DNA from: Eledone cirrhosa
Lineage: Eukaryota
DNA length: 64,000 nt
Assembly: GCA_964016885.1 (NCBI GenBank)
Contig: OZ024742.1
Span: 12,772,001 to 12,836,000, forward strand
Reading direction: 5' to 3'
Part shown: piece after piece, positions 54,846-64,000 of the stretch
Layout of the letters: the number at the start of each line of letters is the position of its first letter
Position numbering within the stretch: position 1 is the stretch's first letter
Notes under the pieces: generated by a model
The model's database searches: none
What the model saw: the letters and a program-made list of their open reading frames with translations, nothing else
What the model was told of the DNA's origin: nothing
Translations under genes and position numbers: made by a program

Positions 54846-55249
54846 TGTGGTAGGTTTCATTTAAGAGTTTTCCCCGCCTTTCTCAGAAGAGTTTAGCCAT
54901 GTAAAAAACAGTAAAATTACAAATCAATAGCAAGAGGTAGTAATAGAGTCGTTCTTCCATGTGATCCAGATATTCTGAAGACGAAAAACAAATTTAGCAA
55001 TTGTACATCGTCTCAGAAATGTTTTACACTTAGAAATATAAAGTTAAAACAAAACCAGAATAACACAAACCTATCCCCTCAAGGAATTTCCTCTTTTAGT
55101 ATTGCTATATATCTTTCATCTCACGAAAACGCCAGAAGCGGATAAAAATAAAAATAACAACATGAATAAAACAAGAACAGTAACTACGAAACTTAGTTCT
55201 TTTGCTTATCAAATGGCAAGTGTGAACTGAAGAGATTGGAAAAAATTAA

Positions 55250-56171
<922 letters not shown>

Positions 56172-56284
56172 CGAGTAGGACCCCGACGGCTGAGCTCAAG
56201 CCGTTCCTATTACCCACTCTACTACCCTAATTATTGAGTACTTTGGTGCGTTATGGTCCACCTGGTTCCTTACCACATTTCTTC

Positions 56285-56332
<48 letters not shown>

Positions 56333-56389
56333 ATATATAATTACACGTGAGTGTTTCTTTCCTTGTATGTGTGCGCCTATATCCAGTCA

Positions 56390-57118
56390 TATACTCACAT
56401 ATACACAGGCACGTACTCACACACACATACACAAACACACACACACACACGCACACATACACCTATATACTCATACACGCACACACACATAAACCTATAC
56501 ACACACACAGGCATGCACCTATATACGCACACATACCGAGACACACACCCATACACATGTACCTATATACACACACACACACACTCACATACGCACACAT
56601 GCACTTATATACCCATACACGCACACACACACATGTACATATATACACACACACACACGTGTACCTATATACACACATGTACATAGACACACACATGTAC
56701 ATATATATGCACACATATACACACACATACATGTACATATATACACATACACATGTACCTATACACACACACACACATGTACACACACAAACGCATGTAC
56801 CTACACACATCTACCTACACGCACACACATGTACACACACACATGTACCTACAAACACACATCTACATACACACACACACACATCTACCTTCACACACAC
56901 ACACACATGTACCTACACACACACACATCTACCTACACACACACACACACATCTACCTACACACACATCTAACTACACACACACACATGTACCTACACAC
57001 ACACACATCTACTACACACACACACGCATGTACACACACACACACACACATGTACACACACACACACACATGTAGACACCAACACACATACATGTACACA
57101 CACACACACATATATACA
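56390..57118. repeat. Degenerate (CA)n tract with recurring ATGTACCT/ATCTACCT interruptions
   Basis: Direct reading. Confidence 0.93.
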
Positions 57119-57185
57119 GAGAAAGGGAAAGAGACAAAAAAAAGAAATGAAGAATTCATTTCTTCAGAAAATTAGATTATTTTTA

Positions 57186-59030
57186 CTGTTGTTAGTGTTG
57201 TTGTGGTTGTTAGTGTTGTTGTTGTTAGTGTTGTTGTTGTTAGTGTTGTTGTTGTTGTTGTTAGTGTTGTTGTTGTTGTTAGTGTTGTTGTTAGTGTTGT
57301 TGTTGTTAGTGTTGTTGTTGTTCTTAGTGTTGTTGTTAGTGTTGTTGTTGTTAGTGTTGTTGTTAGTGTTGTTGTTGTTAGTGTTGTTGTTAGTGTTGTT
57401 GTTGTTGCTGTTGTTAGTGTTGTTGTTGTTAGTGTTGTTGTTAGTGTTGTTGTTGTTGTTTTGTTGTTGTCAGTGTTGTTGATGTTAGTGTTGTTGTTAG
57501 TGTTGTTGTTGGTGTTGTTGTTGTTGTTAGTGTTGTTGTTACTGTTGTTGTTGTTAGTGCTGTTGCTGTTGTTGTTGTTAGTGTTGTTGTTGTTAGTGTT
57601 GTTGTTAGTGTTGTTGTTGTTGTTAGTGTTGTTGTTGTTGTTGTTGTTGTTGTTATTGTTGTTGTTAGTGTTGTTGTTAGTGTTGTTGTTAGTGTTGTTG
57701 TTAGTGTTGTTGTTGTTGTTAGTGTTGTTGTTGTTGTTGTTAGTGTTGTTAGTGTTGTTAGTGTTGTTAGTGTTGTTGTTGTTGTTAGTGTTGTTGTTGT
57801 TAGTGTTGTTGTTGTTGTTGTTAGTGTTGTTGTTGTTAGTGTTGTTAGTGTTGTTGTTAGTGTTGTTGTTGTTGTTAGTGTTGATGTTGTTGTTAGTGTT
57901 GTTGTTGTTAGTATTGTTGTTGTTGTTGATCTTAGTGTTGTTGTTGTTGTTAGTGTTGTTGTTGTTGTTGTTGTTGTTGTTAGTGTTGTTGTTGTTGTTA
58001 GTGTTGTTGTTGTTAATGTTGTTAGTGTTGTTGTTGTTGTTAGTGTTCGTTGTTGTTGTTGTTGTTAGTGTTGTTGTTGTTAGTGTTGTTGTTGTTGTTG
58101 TTGGTGTTAGTGTTGTTGTTGTTGTTGTTAGTGTTGTTGTTAGTGTTGTTGTTGTTGTTGTTGTTGTTGTTAGCGTTGTTGTTGTTGTTACCGTTGTTGT
58201 TGTTAGTGTTGTTGTTGTTGTTGTTAGTGTTGTTGTTGTTGTTAGTGTTGTTGTTGTTGTTAGTGTTGTTGTTGTTGTTAGTGTTGTTGTTGTTGTTGTT
58301 AGTGTTGTTGATGTTGTTAGTGTTGTTGTTAGTGTTGTTGTTGTTGTTGTTAGTGATGTTGTTGTTGTTACCGTTGTTGTTGTTGTTAGTGTTGTTGTTG
58401 TTGTTAATGTTGTTGTTGTTGTTAGTGTTGTTGTTGTTGTTAGTGTTGTTGTTGTTGTTAGTGTTGTTGTTGTTGTTGTTGTTGTTGTTAGTGTTGTTGT
58501 TTGTGTTGTTGTTAGTGTTGTTGTTGTTGTTGTTGTTGTTAGTGTTGTTGTTGTTGTTGTTAGTGTCGTTGTTGTTGTTAGTGCTGTTGTGGTTAGTATT
58601 GTTGTTGTTGTTGTTGTTGTTGTTAGTGTTGTTGTTGTTGTTAGTGTTGTTGTTGTTAGTGTTGTTGTTGTTAGTGTTGTTGTTGTTAGTGTTGTTGTTA
58701 GTGATGTTGTTGTTGTTGTTGTTGTTGTTGTTAGTGTTGTTGTTGTTGTTAGTGTTGTTGTTGTTAGTTTTGTTAGTGTTGTTAGTGTTGTTGTTGTTAG
58801 TGTTGTTAGTGTTGTTGTTAGTGTTGTTGTTGTTAGTGTTGTTAGTGTTGTTGTTGTTGTTAGTGTTGTTGTTATTGTTGTTGTTAGTGTTGTTATTGTT
58901 GTTAGTGTTGTTGTTGTTAGTGTTGTTGTTGTTGTTGTTAGTGTTGTTGTTGTTAGTGTTGTTAGTGTTGTTGTTGTTAGTGTTGTTGTTGTTGTTAGTG
59001 TTGATGTTGTTGTTAGTGTTGTTGTTGTTT

Positions 59031-59062
<32 letters not shown>

Positions 59063-59211
59063 AGTGTTGTTGTTGTTAGTGTTGTTGTTGTTGTTAGTGT
59101 TGTTGTTGTTGTTAGTGTTGTTGTTGTTGTTGGTGTTTTTGTTAGTGTTGTTGTTGTTGTTAGTGTTGCTGTTGTTAGTGTTGTTGTTGTTGTTGTTGTT
59201 GCTGTTGTTAG

Positions 59212-59248
<37 letters not shown>

Positions 59249-60425
59249 AGCATTGTTGTTGTTGTTAGTGTTGTTGTTGTTGTTGTTGTTAGTGTTATTG
59301 TTGTTAGTGTTGTTGTTGTTGTTGTCAGTGTTGTTGTTGTTAGTGTTGTTGTTAGTGTTGTTGTTGCTGTTGTTGTTGTTGTTAGTGTTGTTGTTGTTTT
59401 ACTGTTGTTGTTGTTAGTGATGTTGCTGTTGTTAGTGTTGTTGTTGTTAGTGTTGTTGTTGTTGTTGTTGTTAGTGTTGTTGTTGTTGTTATTGTTAGTG
59501 TTGTTGTTGTTGTTAGTGTTGTTGTTAGTGTTGTTGTTGTTAGTGTTGTTGTTCTTATTGTTGTTGTTAGTGTTGTTGTTGTTGTTAGTGTTGTTGTTGT
59601 TAGTGTTGTTGTTGTTAGTGCTGTTGTTAGTGTTGTTGTTAGTGTTGTTGTTGTTAGTGTTGTTGTTGTTGTTGTTAGTGTTGTTGTTGTTGTTGTTAGT
59701 GTTGTTGTTGTTGTTGTTAGTGTTGTTGTTGTTGTTGTTAGTGTTGTTGTTGTTGTTAATGCTGTTAGTGTTGTTGTTGTTAGAGTTCGTTTTTGTTGTT
59801 GTTGTTAGTGTTGTTGTTGTTGTTGTTGTTGTTGTTAGTGTTGTTGTTGTTGTTAGTGTTGTTGTTAGTGTTGTTTTTGTTGTTGTTGTTGTTGTTGTTA
59901 GTGTTGTTGTTGTTAGTGTTGTTGTTGTTGCTAGTGTTGTTGTTGTGGTTAGTATTGTTGTTGTTAGTGTTGTTGTTGTTGTTGTTAGTGTTGTTGTTGT
60001 TGTTAGTGTTGTTTTTGTTGTTAGTGTTGTTGTTAGTGTTGTTGTTGTTGTTAGTGTTGTTGTTAGTGTTGTTGTTGTTGTTGTTAGTGTTGTTGTTGTT
60101 GTTGTTGTTGTTAGTGTTGTTGTTGTTGTTGTTAATGTTGTTGCTGTTGTTGTTAGTCCTGCTGATGTTGTTGCTGTTGTTGTTAGTCCTACTGATGTTG
60201 TTGTTGTTGTTGTTAGTCCTACTGATGATGTTGTTGTTGTTGGTAGTCCTGCTGTTGTTGTTTGTGTTGTTGTTAGTGCTGTTGTTGTTAGTCTTGTTGT
60301 TGTTGTTGGTGGTGGTGGTGGTGGTTGTGGTGTTCTTGTTGTTAGTCCTGTTGTTATTAGTGCTGTTGCTGTTGTTAGTCCTTGTGATGTTGTTGTTGTT
60401 GTTGTTAGTCCTGCTTTTGTTGTTG
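57186..60425. repeat. ~3.2-kb compound trinucleotide tract (GTT)n with AGT interruptions
   Basis: Direct reading; becomes more complex (GTTAGTCCT motif) at 60150-60425. Confidence 0.97.
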
Positions 60426-60460
60426 GTATTCATGATGGAATATCTTTCTTTTTCTCACTG

Positions 60461-60632
60461 ACACACACATATACCTACACACATATACACACAAACACAA
60501 CCACACACTCATGCACCTACACACATATATATATACACATATACACATGCACACACACACACACCCTCACACAAACACACATATATACACACATATACAC
60601 ATGCACAAACACACACAAATCCCACACACAAT

Positions 60633-60700
<68 letters not shown>

Positions 60701-60737
60701 TACACACACACATAAATCCACACATAGATACACACAT
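60461..60737. repeat. (CA)n microsatellite, partly degenerate
   Basis: Direct reading. Confidence 0.95.
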
Positions 60738-61207
60738 TAAATAAATTCTTCTTGTTTACTCGATTTACGCCAGACAATCATCTTATATTTCAGAATTATT
60801 TAAGAGAAGATTTATAGGAATGTTGATCTATCTGTAGTGGAGGTGGAGGGGGGGGGGAGAGGGGGAGAGGGGCGGATTATGATTCGATGTAGTAAATTTG
60901 TTGGACGTTTGTGATAGAACCTCTAAATTCGTGTTGGACCTCACAGAATGTTATAAATACCATTGAAAGGAAGATGTGTCACTTTCACACGATGGAACTG
61001 GGCTGGCCAGTACATGGTTAGTTGTTATATTTCCTTACCAAGCAAGTATTTAGGGCAATGTCGTACTAGAGAGAGAGAGGTGACCTTTTCTCTAGATTTT
61101 CTCTACTTTATTCCTGTTATGTGTACAACTTATAGAGATAAGACCACTCAATAAACTGCTTTGTGAGTCTGTTCGATGGAATGTGTTGCGATATTTGTTC
61201 CGGGTTT

Positions 61208-61421
61208 AGGGCGGTGGATTGGCATAATCCGTAGAGCGTCAGACAAAATAAGTGATGGTATTTAGTTAAGATGTGTTTACGTTCTGAGTTCAAATCTAGT
61301 CAGGGTCAACTTTACCTTTCATTCTTCCAGAGTCGACGAGGAAATAAAGTACCAGTTAAAAACTGAGGTAAATGTATTCAATTTTCCCTTCGCCTAAATT
61401 CCTGGCCTTTTGTCAATGTTC
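61208..61421 (+). mobile_element. tRNA-derived SINE, family A (a further fragment follows at ~61434-61495)
   Basis: GGCGGTGGATTGGCATAATC head, TACGTTCTGAGTTCAAATC, ACTTTACCTTTCATTC, AATAAAGTACCAGT. Confidence 0.8.
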
Positions 61422-61629
61422 GTTCCAGGAATCTACGTTCTGAGTTCAAATCTGCTTACTTTATTTTTAATCTTTTCGGGTTCGGTATGAAAATTGTCAG
61501 CCCAGTAACCGAACAGCCCCTTCTCTTTCCAATTATCTCCACCTGGATATTCCATTGGGTTATGGTTGGAAAGATGGGGAGATGTCTGTGTGTCTGTTCG
61601 GGACTACATTGGTACCTAAAACATTTTTT

Positions 61630-61918
61630 AAAAGTCTACATTTTGTCTCGAGCTCGTGGGCTCATCAGACCGGTGGTTATTTCTGTTTCCATAGTGTGAA
61701 GCGACTGAAAGTACAAGACTCTCCACCTGGACAGGACACAAGTCCATCACATGGTTAAACTCCCAGCTATTGCTGGTACTCGTTTCCAGCTGTGTATATT
61801 GGAGCAACGTGAAATGAAATATTTTGCTCAAGAACTCAACACACAACCCAGTCCAGGAATCAAACCCACGACATTATGATCGAGAGTTCAACACCCTTTC
61901 CACTAGGCCACGTGCCTC
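61630..61918 (-). mobile_element. tRNA-derived SINE, family B
   Basis: Minus strand: A box TGGCCTAGTGG (61900-61910), B box GGTTTGATTCC (61856-61866), body GTTGAGTTCTTGAGCAAAATATTTCATTTCACGTTGCTCC, 3' stem-loop GAGC-CCACGA-GCTC. Confidence 0.8.
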
Positions 61919-62581
61919 CATCAACATTATAAGTCATGCTACCAAGTTCTTCTCGATTTCGTGTGACGGCCGTAGCAACACTTATTTCATACTGGTGATT
62001 TCATCAACAAGAAAACAGCCGTACGTACAAAATTACACAACAATGGAACCTCTACATTGTCACGTAACCTGTTAGAAATAGCAACAACTTACCTCTTAAT
62101 AAAGAACAAGGTATTTTATGAGGTACTCGTTTCACTGAACAGGAGTAAATGATGAGATGGTCACGTCTGGAATGCCTTTTATCATAGGTCTCATCAATCA
62201 AGACTGTTCCGGCACTAAACACCAACAGGAATCCTATCAATCGTTACTTGATCTGCTATAAATTACAAACAAATGACTCTAAAAAATAAGTTCATTGTTT
62301 AAAGTTTAGTAAAATGTATTTCAGTCTTCTTGAGTCATTCCTCTTTCGAAGGTGAAGAATTCAGTTTGCTTTTTCTAATGGCTAGAATATATGCAGCTCG
62401 CCACACCTGCATACTTGCAGACATCTCTGCTAACTGGAACAGTTGTGTCAACTTATTGTCGAATTAATAGTTGATTATTTGTGAAGCCACTGGTATTCAT
62501 GACACCGAGGTCATCTAATTAAACTGATGATCATCGCATGAGCTACTATGAGACAAACAGGATTGTTATCGAGGATTACTC

Positions 62582-63927
62582 CTCTAGATCTGGCCTGTTC
62601 TGCTAGACTATCTTATGATAGCCATATCAGAGACTCTAGATCTGACCTGTTCTGCTAGACTATCTTATGACAGCCATATCAGAGACTCTAGATCTGGCCT
62701 GTTCTGCTAGACTATCTTATGACAGCCATATCAGAGACTCTAGATCTGACCTGTTCTGCTAGACTATCTTATGACAGCCATATCAGAGACTCTAGATCTG
62801 GCCTGTTCTGCTAGACTATCTTATGACAGCCATATCAGAGACTCTAGATCTGGCCTGTTCTGCTAGACTATCTTATGACAGCCATATCAGAGACTCTAGA
62901 TCTGACCTGTTCTGCTAGACTATCTTATGACAGCCATATCAGAGACTCTAGATCTGGCCTGTTCTGCTAGACTATCTTATGACAGCCATATCAGAGACTC
63001 TAGATCTGACCTGTTCTGCTAGACTATCTTATGACAGCCATATCAGAGACTCTAGATCTGACCTGTTCTGCTAGACTATCTTATGACAGCCATATCAGAG
63101 ACTCTAGATCTGACCTGTTCTGCTAGACTATCTTATGACAGCCATATCAGAGACTCTAGATCTGACCTGTTCTGCTAGACTATCTTATGACAGCCATATC
63201 AGAGACTCTAGATCTGGCCTGTTCTGCTAGACTATCTTATGACAGCCATATCAGAGACTCTAGATCTGACCTGTTCTGCTAGACTATCTTATGACAGCCA
63301 TATCAGAGACTCTAGATCTGGCCTGTTCTGCTAGACTATCTTATGACAGCCATATCAGAGACTCTAGATCTGACCTGTTCTGCTAGACTATCTTATGATA
63401 GCCATATCAGAGACTCTAGATCTGACCTGTTCTGCTAGACTATCTTATGATAGCCATATCAGAGACTCTAGATCTGACCTGTTCTATTAGACTATCCTAT
63501 GACAGCCATATCAGAGACTCTAGATCTGGCTTGTTCTGCTAGACTATCCTATGATAGCCATATCAGAGACTCTAGATCTGACCTGTTCTATTAGACTATC
63601 CTATGACAGCCATATCAGAGACTTTAGATCAGACCTGTTCTGCTAGACTATCCTATGATAGCCATATCAGAGACTTTAGATCTGACCTGTTCTGCTAGAC
63701 TATCCTATGGCAGCCATATCAGGGACTCTAGATGAGATCTGATTTGCTAGACTATCCTATGACAGCCGTACCAGAGACTCTATATATGACCTGTTCTGTT
63801 AGACTATGACAGCCATATCAGGGACTCTAGATGAGACCTGCTCTGCTAGACTATCTTATGATAGTCTTATCAAAGACTCTAGATATGACCTGTTCTGTTA
63901 GACTATCTTATGATAGTCATATCAGAG
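62582..63927. repeat. 52-bp minisatellite, ~26 copies
   Basis: Unit CTCTAGATCTGACCTGTTCTGCTAGACTATCTTATGACAGCCATATCAGAGA; divergence increases toward the right end. Confidence 0.98.
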
Positions 63928-64000
63928 GCACCTCATGTAGGATGTGGCTTTTCACCACACAGGTCTCTCTTATTTCAGTCTTGAACGAGAATTATTTGGC

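Noticed and set aside
57186-60425. Telomeric repeat (TTAGT resembling TTAGG/TTAGGG)
   Set aside because: TTAGT arises from AGT interruptions in irregular-length GTT runs; there is no fixed G-rich telomeric unit.
61640-61672. CTGATGAGCCCACGAGCTCGAGAC (minus strand) as a hammerhead
   Set aside because: GAGA instead of GAAA and no convincing stems I/III; better explained as the 3' stem-loop tail of the SINE.
61846-61918. Functional tRNA gene
   Set aside because: A/B boxes are present but no convincing cloverleaf, and the sequence continues into SINE body.

Overview
Eukaryotic, essentially gene-free, repeat-dense DNA. The SINE motifs and microsatellite load suggest a cephalopod (Octopus-like) genome; this is inference from recall, not verified. 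Layout: (1) 1-32177, a satellite of mixed 57/61-bp monomers, open at the left edge, with irregular multi-kb higher-order structure; (2) ~32.2-34.0 kb, short inverted repeats with a candidate hammerhead ribozyme, (TA)n/(AG)n tracts, a SINE and a 29-bp minisatellite; (3) 34028-46034, a 38-bp satellite that appears to have expanded from inside a tRNA-derived SINE; (4) 46215-51831, a full-length but disrupted L1/Tx1-like LINE on the minus strand, flanked on both sides by (GACA)n-type sequence; (5) 52-64 kb, SINEs, a 303-bp near-perfect inverted repeat, 74-bp and 52-bp minisatellites and long simple repeats. Almost all ORFs in the supplied track are artefacts of tandem repeats; only the LINE ORF1/ORF2 fragments are credible coding sequence. 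No intact novel protein-coding system is supportable. The best leads are the SINE-to-satellite origin, the hammerhead-like motifs in (TA)n-associated inverted elements, and the layered satellite architecture.
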